Shown: in pieces, positions 33,590 to 41,982 of the stretch | Numbering within the stretch: position 1 is the stretch's first letter | How the letters are laid out: each line of letters begins with the position of its first letter | Assembly: GCA_035640355.1 (NCBI GenBank) | Contig: DASQWI010000019.1 | Span: forward strand, 55,222 to 119,221 | Length of the DNA stretch: 64,000 bases | From: Actinomycetota bacterium | GTDB taxonomy: Bacteria; Actinomycetota; UBA4738; HRBIN12 | Direction of reading: 5' to 3' | Notes under the pieces: model-generated | What the model saw: the letters and a program-made list of their open reading frames with translations, nothing else | Databases searched by the model: none | What the model was told of the DNA's origin: nothing | Made by a program: the position numbers and the translations under genes

Positions 33590-36262
33590 TTGCCTGCGCG
33601 CTCCGGCCGCGACGCCGGGCATCATGTCTTGGTGATCACGCCCGAGGTGCTCGGCCGAACGCTGTCGACGGCCGCCGACCCCGAGCTCGCGCGCGTCGCG
33701 CTCTCACGAGTGGGCGAGGGTCCCGGCGTTCGCGAGGTCCTGGCGCGAGAGGACGTGCTCGCCGTGGCCGTTCGAGTCCTGGGGTTCTCGACCGCGGCCG
33801 CCGACTTCCTGGTGGCGCATCCGGAGGAGATCGGCGTCTTCGCCGACGTTCGGGCGCGAACACGCGCCGAGCTCGACGCGGAGCTCGCCGATGATGTCGA
33901 ACGGCTCGGTGCGGCGGGCGGGCTTCGGCGATTCCGTAAGCGAGCGATGCTGCGGATCGCGGCCCGAGATCTCGGCGACGCGACGTTCGAGGACATCGTT
34001 GCGGAGACCACCGCGGTCGCGGAGTCGTGTCTCGCGCGCGCGAGCGAGGAGGCGACCCGCCTGGCGCTGATCGCGCTCGGAAAGCTCGGTGGGCGCGAGC
34101 TCAACTACTCATCAGACGTCGACATCGTGTTCGTGTCCGCCGACACAGCCGGCGGTACACAGGTCGACCGCTCTGTCGCGGCGTTGATTCGCCTGCTTTC
34201 GGAACCCACTGCGGAGGGGGTCGCGCTGCGCGTCGACCCGACGCTGCGGCCGGGTGGTCGCGGCGGCGCGTTGACGCGTTCGCTCGGCGCCATGCGCGAG
34301 TACTACGCCTCGACGGCCGCGACGTGGGAGCGGCAGGCGTTGCTGAAGGCGCGTCCGGTGGCGGGAGACGTCGAGCTCGGCGAGGCGTTCGTCGAGGCCG
34401 TCGCCCCGTTCGTGTATCCGGACGAGCTCACGCCGCGAGCGATCGACGAGGTTCGTCAGGTCAAGGTTCGGCTCGAGGAATACGTGCGCGCCCGGGGCAA
34501 AGCAGCTGTCGAGGTCAAACGGGGGTGGGGCGGGATCCGCGACATCGAGTTCGCGGTCCAGCTGTTGCAGATCGTTCACGGTCGTCGCGACGAGCGGCTT
34601 CGCGAACCGAACACTCTGGCCGCGCTCGACGCGCTCGCGTCCTCCGGATACGTCGCCGAGGCCGACGCCGACTCTCTCGCCGGCGCCTACCGGTTCCTTC
34701 GAACCGTCGAGCACCGGTTGCAGATCGTGCGCGACCTCCAGACACACGAGCTCCCGTCGGATCGAGCCGCGCGGAGCACGTTGGCACGGTCGCTTGGATT
34801 CTCGGGTCTCGCCGGCCTCCAGGCCGAGTACGAGCGCCAGACCGCGCTCGTTCGCGGGCTGCACGAGCGGCTGTTCTATCGCCCGCTGTTGGAGGCGTTC
34901 GCCGGGCCGCGCGCGCCGCGGCCGGGTGTCGATCGCCTGGCGACGGAGGAGCTTCTTGCTGGACTCGGCTTCCAGCGACCGTCCCAGGCCTTCGCGGTGC
35001 TCGACCGCCTGGTCGACCCGTCGACCCGACTGGGGAAGGTCCTCGAGCACCTGTTTCCGCTCGTCGCTCCGCCCCTCGCGCTCGCGGCCGATCCCGACGC
35101 CGCGCTCGTTCGCATGGAGCGCGTCGCCGCGGCGATCGGGGAAGACCACGAGGTCCCGGACGTGCTCGCGGGAGATCCTGGCGCGGCTGTGCGTCTCGGG
35201 CACGTCGTGTCGGCGAGCTCGTTCGCGAGCGATCTGCTCGTCGCCAACCCGCGGTCCGTACGTGCGCTCACGAACCGCGCCGCCACACATGACGCCGCCG
35301 GCTCGCTCGTGTCCGTTGCCGCACGCTACGCCAGCCGCGAGCTCGCACCGAAGGACGTGGGAGCGGCCCTCTCCAACGTGGCCGACGACGTCGTTCGAGA
35401 GGCGATGAAAGCCGCTCGAGCGGACGTCCCCTTCGCGGTGATCGGTCTCGGGAAGCTCGGCGCACAAGAGCTGAACTTCGCGTCGGATCTGGACGTCGTG
35501 TTCGTCTACGACGGCGAGGGACCGAACGAGTTCCGCAGCGGCGTCGAGATCGCCGAGCGGATCATCGCGGGCATACGCGCTGCCGGATGGGAGCCGGACG
35601 CCGACCTTCGTCCGGAGGGGCGCAGCGGTCCGCTGGCGAAGTCGTTTGCCGGCTACCTCGAGTACTGGGAGCGATACGCCGAGACGTGGGAGTTCCAGTC
35701 GTTGCTCCGAGCGCGGTTCGTTGCCGGCGACGAGGGATTGGGGATGCGATTCCGTTCGTTCGCGTCGGACTTCGCGTATCCCGAGTACCTGCCCGTCGAG
35801 CGCGCATCGGAGATCCGCCGGATGCGCGAGCGCATCGAGCTGGAGCGGGTCCGTCCACCGGAGGCAGCACGGTTCCACTTCAAGCTGGGGTACGGATCGC
35901 TCGCAGATGTCCAGTTCGCCGTGGAACTGTCGCTCATGCGGTTCGGCGGCGCACACCCGGAGATCAGAACGGCGCGAACGCTCGAGGCGATCGAACGGCT
36001 CGCGCAAGCGCGACTCGTGGAGGACGGCGTCGCGCTGGCGTTGGGGGAAGCGTTCGTCTTCCTGAACGACGTGAAGAACGCGCTCGAGGTCGACCGTCGA
36101 GTGCATGCCGAGGCGATCCCGGCCGCGCCGGACGAACAGCTCGCGCTCGCCCGCCGGCTCGGATTCGAGGAGTATCCGCGCCAGACATTCCTGCAGGAGT
36201 ACCGGAGGATCACGCGGCGCGCCCGGCGGGCAATGGATCGAATGTTCTACGAGGAGGCATGA
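33590..36262 (+). CDS. glnE: bifunctional glutamine-synthetase adenylyltransferase/adenylyl-removing enzyme
   Basis: Two nucleotidyltransferase cores (GKLGGRELNYSSDVDIVF and GLGKLGAQELNFASDLDVVF). The start is uncertain: TTG at 33590, TTG at 33629 or GTG at 33632. Confidence 0.92.
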   Translation: MPARSGRDAGHHVLVITPEVLGRTLSTAADPELARVALSRVGEGPGVREVLAREDVLAVAVRVLGFSTAAADFLVAHPEEIGVFADVRARTRAELDAELADDVERLGAAGGLRRFRKRAMLRIAARDLGDATFEDIVAETTAVAESCLARASEEATRLALIALGKLGGRELNYSSDVDIVFVSADTAGGTQVDRSVAALIRLLSEPTAEGVALRVDPTLRPGGRGGALTRSLGAMREYYASTAATWERQALLKARPVAGDVELGEAFVEAVAPFVYPDELTPRAIDEVRQVKVRLEEYVRARGKAAVEVKRGWGGIRDIEFAVQLLQIVHGRRDERLREPNTLAALDALASSGYVAEADADSLAGAYRFLRTVEHRLQIVRDLQTHELPSDRAARSTLARSLGFSGLAGLQAEYERQTALVRGLHERLFYRPLLEAFAGPRAPRPGVDRLATEELLAGLGFQRPSQAFAVLDRLVDPSTRLGKVLEHLFPLVAPPLALAADPDAALVRMERVAAAIGEDHEVPDVLAGDPGAAVRLGHVVSASSFASDLLVANPRSVRALTNRAATHDAAGSLVSVAARYASRELAPKDVGAALSNVADDVVREAMKAARADVPFAVIGLGKLGAQELNFASDLDVVFVYDGEGPNEFRSGVEIAERIIAGIRAAGWEPDADLRPEGRSGPLAKSFAGYLEYWERYAETWEFQSLLRARFVAGDEGLGMRFRSFASDFAYPEYLPVERASEIRRMRERIELERVRPPEAARFHFKLGYGSLADVQFAVELSLMRFGGAHPEIRTARTLEAIERLAQARLVEDGVALALGEAFVFLNDVKNALEVDRRVHAEAIPAAPDEQLALARRLGFEEYPRQTFLQEYRRITRRARRAMDRMFYEEA

Positions 36263-36327
36263 CGGGGTCCATCGACCCGAGTTGGATCGTCGAGTTCGAG
36301 GCCGGCGCGGCCCTCCCGGAACGCGCT

Positions 36328-37224
36328 CTAGATCCGATCGATGGCGCGGACCTCCATCCTCGGTCCGAACGCCGGTGCTCGGATGCCGCTCAGCTCGAGG
36401 AGCGCCTGCACTCGGCCGCGGTGAGGACGGAACGGTTCGAGCAGCTCGAGCATCCGCTCGTCGGTTCCGCGCGGCTCGCCGGCGAGCGCCCACGCCACGA
36501 GGTTCGGGACGTGATAGTCGCCGACCGACACGGCGTCCGCGTCGCCGAGCGCGATCCGGGCGACCTCGGCGACGCTCCACGGACCGATCCCGTGGATCGA
36601 ACCGATGCGCGCCTTCGCCAGGCCGAGCGGCAGCCTCTCGGATCCATCCAGCCATGCCGCGCGTGAGCACATCGTCCTGAGAACGTTCGCGCGCCGCTGT
36701 TCCACCCCGAACGGGTGGAACTCGAAGTACGCCATCTCGGCGACGCGTGCCGGATCGGGCGGCATCAGCAGAGCGAACGGACCGGGTGCGGGTTCGCCGA
36801 TCGCGTGTGTCAGTCGACGGTACGCGCGCCGCGCTTCGCCGCCGGTGACCTTTTGTTCGAGGACGATCGGGATCATCCGCTCGGTGATGAGTCCGGTGTG
36901 CGTGATGCGCAAGCCGCGACGGCGGCGCCAGACGTCGCGGACGACACCCTGCGGCGGATCGAACCCGTCGACGTCGTCGAGGGCGCCGCACCAGGCCGGC
37001 GCGCGATCGAGCATCCAATCTGCGCCGGGCCCCCATACCTCGACGTCGACGCCACCGTCCGTCGAGCGGAACTGGATGGTGACCGGACCCTCCGGCGTCC
37101 TCGACGCGCGGACGACGTCGCGCTCCGACAGGCGCATCGTCGGATCGCCTGCCCCCCGGTACAACGGACGGAGCGTCGAGCGAAGGTCGATCGGTTGCGG
37201 CGTCGGAACAAAGCGTGACGGCAT
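36328..37224 (-). CDS. DNA-3-methyladenine glycosylase II family (HhH-GPD) protein
   Basis: 298 aa. Helix-hairpin-helix IHGIGPWSVAEV followed by the Asp-containing loop (AVSVGDYHV). Confidence 0.85.
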   Translation of the reverse strand: MPSRFVPTPQPIDLRSTLRPLYRGAGDPTMRLSERDVVRASRTPEGPVTIQFRSTDGGVDVEVWGPGADWMLDRAPAWCGALDDVDGFDPPQGVVRDVWRRRRGLRITHTGLITERMIPIVLEQKVTGGEARRAYRRLTHAIGEPAPGPFALLMPPDPARVAEMAYFEFHPFGVEQRRANVLRTMCSRAAWLDGSERLPLGLAKARIGSIHGIGPWSVAEVARIALGDADAVSVGDYHVPNLVAWALAGEPRGTDERMLELLEPFRPHRGRVQALLELSGIRAPAFGPRMEVRAIDRI

Positions 37225-37300
37225 AGCGCGCGCAGGCTACGACACCTGCAAACGCCGAGAGCCGACCCGATGGCGGGCTCTCGGTTCGCTCTCTCAGCGC

Positions 37301-38731
37301 TCAGAGATCGAAGTACAGCGAGAATTCATATGGGTGAGGCCGCAGCCGCACCTGGTCGAGCTCGTGCAATCGCTTGTACTCGATCCACGTGTCGATCACG
37401 TCCTGTGTGAACACCCCGCCGTCGAGCAGCCACTGATGGTCGGCCTCGAGCGAGTCGAGCACCTCTTCGAGCGAGCCCGGTACCTGCTTGACGGTCGCCT
37501 TCTCGGCCGGCGGCAGGTCGTACAGGTCCTTGTCGATCGGCTCCGGCGGCTCGATCTTGTTCTTCACGCCGTCGAGCCCCGCCATGAGCATCGCCGCGAA
37601 CGCGAGGTACGGGTTGCACGACGGGTCCGGCGTGCGGAACTCGAGGCGCTTCGCGCCGGGGTTCTTGAAGTACTGTGGGATCCGAACGCACGCGCTCCTG
37701 TTCCGCTGCGAGTAGACGAGGTTGATCGGCGCCTCATATCCCGGAACGAGCCGGCGATAGGAGTTCGTCGTGGGGTTGGTGAACGCCAGCAGCGACGAAG
37801 CGTGCGTGAGCAGGCCGCCGATGTACCACCGGGCCATGTCCGAGATTCCGGCGTAGCCGATCTCGTCCCAGAACAGGTTCTCGTCGCTCCGCCACAGGCT
37901 CTGGTGCGTGTGCATGCCCGAACCGTTGTCCATGAAGATCGGCTTGGGCATGAACGTCACGGTCTTGCCCGCGTGCCGTGCCGTGTTCTTGACGACGTAC
38001 TTGTACTTCATGACCTTGTCGGCGGTCGCGAGGAGCGTGCCGTAGCGCATGTCGATCTCGGCCTGTCCGGCCGTGCCGACCTCGTGGTGGTGCACCTCGA
38101 TGTCGATCCCGGTTCTCTCGAGGTTCAGCACCATCTCCGAGCGGAGGTCCTGATAGTGGTCCATCGGGGGAAGCGGGAAGTAGCCCTCCTTGTACCGCGG
38201 CTTGTACCCCAGGTTGGGCTGACCCGAGAGCTCGCGCTCGCGCCCCGAGTTCCACACGCCCTCGATCGCGTCGATGTGGTAGTAGCCCTCGTGCTGGTTC
38301 TGGTCGAACCGGATCGCGTCGAAGATGTAGAACTCGCACTCCGGCCCCCAGAACGACGTGTCGGCGATCCCCGTCTGCTTCAGGTACAGCTCGGCCTTGC
38401 GCGCGATGTATCGCGGGTCCCGCGAGTACATCTCGCCCGTCACCGGATCCTTCACGAAGCAATGGATGTTCAGCGTGCCGTGTGCGGTGAACGGGTCGAG
38501 ATACGCGGTGTCCGGGTCGGGTACCAGGAGCATGTCCGACTCCTGGATCTCCTGGAAGCCGCGGATCGATGAGCCATCGAAGCCCAGCCCCTCGTCGAAG
38601 CTCTCCTCGGAGAGCTCGCTAACCGGAACCGAGAAGTGCTGCATCAACCCCGGAAGGTCCGAGAACCGAAGATCGACGATCTCGGCCCCCGATTCCTTGG
38701 CCAGGGCGAGAACCTCTTTGGGCGATGCCAT
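37301..38731 (-). CDS. glnA: glutamine synthetase type I
   Basis: 476 aa. ..[19 protein letters not shown].., ..[13 protein letters not shown].., and the adenylylation-site context [11 protein letters not shown]. Confidence 0.96.
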   Translation of the reverse strand: MASPKEVLALAKESGAEIVDLRFSDLPGLMQHFSVPVSELSEESFDEGLGFDGSSIRGFQEIQESDMLLVPDPDTAYLDPFTAHGTLNIHCFVKDPVTGEMYSRDPRYIARKAELYLKQTGIADTSFWGPECEFYIFDAIRFDQNQHEGYYHIDAIEGVWNSGRERELSGQPNLGYKPRYKEGYFPLPPMDHYQDLRSEMVLNLERTGIDIEVHHHEVGTAGQAEIDMRYGTLLATADKVMKYKYVVKNTARHAGKTVTFMPKPIFMDNGSGMHTHQSLWRSDENLFWDEIGYAGISDMARWYIGGLLTHASSLLAFTNPTTNSYRRLVPGYEAPINLVYSQRNRSACVRIPQYFKNPGAKRLEFRTPDPSCNPYLAFAAMLMAGLDGVKNKIEPPEPIDKDLYDLPPAEKATVKQVPGSLEEVLDSLEADHQWLLDGGVFTQDVIDTWIEYKRLHELDQVRLRPHPYEFSLYFDL

Positions 38732-38796
38732 CCCGCCTCCCCTTCTGCCACCCGTGGACGGACGCGGACAGCCTAGGAGCGACAGTGGGAAGAGCC

Positions 38797-38823
38797 GTTT
38801 CCGGCGCGTTAACTCTTTGTTTC
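38797..38823 (-). promoter_or_regulatory. GlnR-box-like site upstream of glnA
   Basis: The minus strand reads GAAAC-aaagag-TTAAC-gcgccg-GAAAC (b-n6-a-n6-b spacing), 66-92 nt upstream of the glnA ATG. Confidence 0.55.
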
Positions 38824-38824
38824 G

Positions 38825-39148
38825 CTACCGCGAGGCGAGGGTGGCCGGAACCGAGGGCTCCCAATCACGGAGCAGCTCGGCGACCTTGACGATCAGCGTC
38901 GCGCCACCGGCGATCTGCACGAACCTGCCGAGCGGCGTCTTGAAGACGGGGTGCCGAACGATGAGCGGAGCGGCCAGGATGAGCCCGCGCGCCGCGATCG
39001 CGCGATACCTGCGACCCTGCTCGGACGCCAGCCAGGCCCGCGCCTCGTCGATCCCCTCGTCGACCTCGGCCTCGAGCTGACCGGCGAGCGCTCGGAGCTC
39101 CGCCGCCTTGCTGCCACGCATGCTCGCAGCGTACCCGTCCGTCGACAT
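38825..39148 (-). CDS. hypothetical protein (107 aa, one hydrophobic segment)
   Basis: ORF with an ATG start between glnR and glnA. Coding-like composition, no motif recognised. Confidence 0.55.
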   Translation of the reverse strand: MSTDGYAASMRGSKAAELRALAGQLEAEVDEGIDEARAWLASEQGRRYRAIAARGLILAAPLIVRHPVFKTPLGRFVQIAGGATLIVKVAELLRDWEPSVPATLASR

Positions 39149-39166
39149 GCCGGAACGCGAGTCGAA

Positions 39167-39889
39167 CTAGACGTCCGCCGCTCTGTACCCCACGCCGCGA
39201 ACCGTCTCGATCAGATGCTCGAACTCCGGGCCGAGCTTCGCGCGCAACCGGCGAACGTGCACGTCCACGGTCCTGGTTCCGCCGTAGAAGTCGTACCCCC
39301 ACACCTCTCGGAGCAGCCCGGGCCTGGTCAGGACACGGCCGGGACGTTCGGCCAGGTACCGAAGGAGCTCAAACTCCTTGAACGTGAGGTCGAGCGCGCG
39401 CCCGTGCACCGTCACGCGGTACGAGTCCTTGTCGAGCATCAGCGCACCGAGTCTCACGGTGTTCGAGTCGCCACCGCCGGCCCGCCTGCGAAGCATCGTC
39501 AGACGCAGGCGGATCTCGGCTTCCGGGGCCCCGGGGAACAACAGATCGTCGGCTACCTCGTCCCATGCGAACCGCTCGAGATCCGCCCGCTCGACCACCG
39601 CTACGACCGGCGGTCGCGCCCCGTGCTGGTGCACCGTTCGAAGGACGGCGAATCCTTGTCCGACGTTCTCCACGGCGTCGACGAGGACGACATCGGGCTC
39701 GAGCTCGACGACGTGGCCGACTGCCGTCACCGAGAGATGCTCGGTCTTGACATCGAGGAGCAGTCCGGCGAGCGCCGGCAGGACCTCGTCCGGCGAGCGA
39801 TCCGAGAGCAAGACCGTGCGACCCACGATGACGAGAGTATCGACAACAGGCGTTCCGACGATAGCCTGAGCAGTGATGTCGACTGTCAA
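39167..39889 (-). CDS. glnR: GlnR-type orphan OmpR-family response regulator
   Basis: C-terminal winged helix (LTFKEFELLRYLAERPGRVLTRPGLLREVWGYDFYGGTRTVDVHVRRLRAKL). The degenerate receiver has an N-terminus ..PDEVLPALAGLLLDV.. resembling my memory of Streptomyces GlnR (..TEVLPALGLLLH..). The ORF opens at TTG 39889; GTG 39826 is a likelier start. Confidence 0.8.
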   Translation of the reverse strand: MTVDITAQAIVGTPVVDTLVIVGRTVLLSDRSPDEVLPALAGLLLDVKTEHLSVTAVGHVVELEPDVVLVDAVENVGQGFAVLRTVHQHGARPPVVAVVERADLERFAWDEVADDLLFPGAPEAEIRLRLTMLRRRAGGGDSNTVRLGALMLDKDSYRVTVHGRALDLTFKEFELLRYLAERPGRVLTRPGLLREVWGYDFYGGTRTVDVHVRRLRAKLGPEFEHLIETVRGVGYRAADV

Positions 39890-40118
39890 GGTCCGCCTGT
39901 TCGCCGCGCTGCGCGAGCTCGCGGGTGCCAGCGAGGTCGATGCCGAGGGCTCGACGGTCAGCGAGGTGGTCGACGCGCTTTCGGCGCGTTACGGGCACCG
40001 GTTCGAAGCGATCGCGCGGACCGGCTCCATGGTCGTCGACGGCGAGCGTGCGCGGCCGGACACCGCGCTGACCGGCTCGGAGGAGGTCGCTCTGCTCCCT
40101 CCCGTGTCGGGCGGGTGA
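39876..40118 (+). CDS. MoaD/ThiS-family sulfur-carrier protein
   Basis: 80 aa. VKVRLFAALRELAG... and the C-terminus ..LLPPVSGG-stop (the diglycine end typical of MoaD/ThiS/CysO). Confidence 0.8.
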   Translation: MSTVKVRLFAALRELAGASEVDAEGSTVSEVVDALSARYGHRFEAIARTGSMVVDGERARPDTALTGSEEVALLPPVSGG

Positions 40119-40173
40119 CCGGCTCGACGGGATACGCGGGCCGACCTGGGTTTTGTCATACTGACCCGACCCC

Positions 40174-41088
40174 ATGCGCTTCGAGCGACTCCTCCTCGTG
40201 GTCAACCCGGTCGCCCGCACATACTCCAAGGCCACGCTCGCCGTCATCGAGAAGGCACTCTCCGCCGACTTCCGCCTCGAGGTAGTCGAGACGAAGGAGC
40301 GCGGACATGCGTTCGAGCTCGGAACACAGGCTGTGCACGACGGGATCGACCTCGTCGTCGTGTTCTCCGGCGACGGGACCGTCAACGAGGTCGTGAACGC
40401 GCTCGCGGGAACGCGGACGGCGCTGGCTGCACTTCCTGGGGGCGCGACGAACATCCTCGTTCGCTCGCTGGATCTGCCGCTCGATCCGATCGAGGCGACC
40501 GGCACGCTCATCGGCAAGGCGCTCGATGACCACGCGTTCAAGCTCTCGCTCGGTCGTGCGGATGGTCGGTACTTCGCGGTGAACTGCGGCGCCGGCGTCG
40601 ACGCTGCGGCGATGCGGCGGCTCGACGCGAAGTTCCCGCGGACGAAGGCCGACTTCGACAGGGTCGCGTTCCGCGCCGTGGCCTGGGAGCTGCTCGTCCG
40701 CTACGCCGGCAGAACGGCGGACCTGCAATTGCGGATCGACGATGGCGAGCCGGTGCCATCGCTCTCGGTGATGGTGGGGCGGACGGACCCGTACACGTAC
40801 TACAAGGGCCGCGGGCTGCGGATGACGCCGGATGCGTCGCTCGATTCGGGTCTCGACGTGCTCTCCGTTCGAAAGCTTCGACGCCGGAGCGTCCCGCGCA
40901 TCGCGTGGCAGGTGTTCGGCTCCGCGCGACACGTTCAGGGTCGTGACATCGACTACGTCCACGACGCGTCTCACGTCCTCGTGACGTCCGAAAGGCCGTT
41001 CCCTGTGCAGGTCGACGGGGACTCGCATGGCGATCACAAACGGCTCGAGGTAGACCTGGCCCACGAGGCGCTGTGGGTCGTCGCGTAG
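40174..41088 (+). CDS. diacylglycerol-kinase-family lipid kinase
   Basis: 304 aa. ..LLVVNP.A.., SGDGTVNEVVNAL and LPGGATN motifs of DAGK/YegS-type kinases. Confidence 0.88.
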   Translation: MRFERLLLVVNPVARTYSKATLAVIEKALSADFRLEVVETKERGHAFELGTQAVHDGIDLVVVFSGDGTVNEVVNALAGTRTALAALPGGATNILVRSLDLPLDPIEATGTLIGKALDDHAFKLSLGRADGRYFAVNCGAGVDAAAMRRLDAKFPRTKADFDRVAFRAVAWELLVRYAGRTADLQLRIDDGEPVPSLSVMVGRTDPYTYYKGRGLRMTPDASLDSGLDVLSVRKLRRRSVPRIAWQVFGSARHVQGRDIDYVHDASHVLVTSERPFPVQVDGDSHGDHKRLEVDLAHEALWVVA

Positions 41089-41092
41089 TGCG

Positions 41093-41878
41093 TTAGGGAG
41101 CCGTCTCCTTTGCTACGGGGGTTCGCACAACGCTCGCTACGCTCGCTGTGCTACCCCCCGCGCCCCCTCGCTCCTGGATCCCGCACTCCCACTTCGACAA
41201 GCCGGCCCAACGGCCTTCGCGCTCGTGTTCGCCGGGGAGCTGCACGCGGGTGCACGGCGCGCACCCGATCGACGCATAGCCCAGGTCGTACAGCAGGTTG
41301 TGCGGCAGGGCGTGCTCTTTCAGGTACGCCCACGTGTCGCGACGAGACCACGTCGCGACCGGGTTGATCTTCACGATCCACCGGCCGTTCTCGACCTCGT
41401 ACCGATCGACGATGGGAGCACGGGCGCGGGTCGGTGACGAATCACGACGGAACGCCGTGATCCACGCCTCGTACCCTCGGAGTGCGGCAAGCATCGGCTG
41501 AACCTTGTTGATGTCGCAGCAGCGTTCGGGATCTCGTTCGTACAGCCGCGGGCCGAACGCGGCCGCTTGTGATGCGACCGTGTGCTCCCCGACGACGTCC
41601 ACGACGTTCAGTCCCAGGTGCTCGGTGAGACGAGCCTTGAAGGCTAGCGTCTCCGCGAACTGGAACCCCGTCTCCAGGAACAGGATCGGAACGTCGGGGC
41701 GGAACTCACCCGCCATGTGCATCACGCACGTGCCCTCGGCCTGGAACGCAGACGCGATGGCGATCGGCTCGAGGCCGGACTCGGAGAGCGCCCAGCGAAC
41801 GACCTCTCGTGGATGTGCGCGTTCGAACCGTTCGTTGAGGTCGCGGACGGCCGAGTCGGATAGGAGGGTTCGGGACAT
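41093..41878 (-). CDS. cysH: adenylylsulfate (APS) reductase, thioredoxin-dependent, Fe-S type
   Basis: ATG at 41878. CC (RCCDINKV) plus CxxC (IGCAPCT) cluster ligands and an ECGIQ motif near the C-terminus. The last 26 codons run through repeat copy C. Confidence 0.92.
   Translation of the reverse strand: MSRTLLSDSAVRDLNERFERAHPREVVRWALSESGLEPIAIASAFQAEGTCVMHMAGEFRPDVPILFLETGFQFAETLAFKARLTEHLGLNVVDVVGEHTVASQAAAFGPRLYERDPERCCDINKVQPMLAALRGYEAWITAFRRDSSPTRARAPIVDRYEVENGRWIVKINPVATWSRRDTWAYLKEHALPHNLLYDLGYASIGCAPCTRVQLPGEHEREGRWAGLSKWECGIQERGGAGGSTASVASVVRTPVAKETAP
41117..41159 (-). repeat. palindromic repeat, copy C (inside the 3' end of the cysH ORF)
   Basis: GGGGGTTCGCACAACGCTCGCTACGCTCGCTGTGCTACCCCCC. 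Its reverse complement is nearly identical to copy D. Confidence 0.9.
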
Positions 41879-41982
41879 AGGGAAGTCTCCCCGTCGGTGC
41901 GCGAAGTATAGGCGCGCACACCGAACGGCGCCGTCCGCCCAAGAGTTTGCGGTCGGATCGTCGCCGCTATGCTGACGCCCCC

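Noticed and set aside
34112-37036. Very long shadow ORFs: 974 aa here, and also 7801-9990(-), 25604-27922(-), 36605-38572(+), 1629-2774(-), 336-1271(-), 60146-61321(-) and 48509-50149(-).
   Set aside because: All are Arg/Pro/Gly/Ala-rich with no motifs. All lie antisense to or overlap genes with strong family signatures. This is the usual open-frame artefact of ~70% GC DNA.
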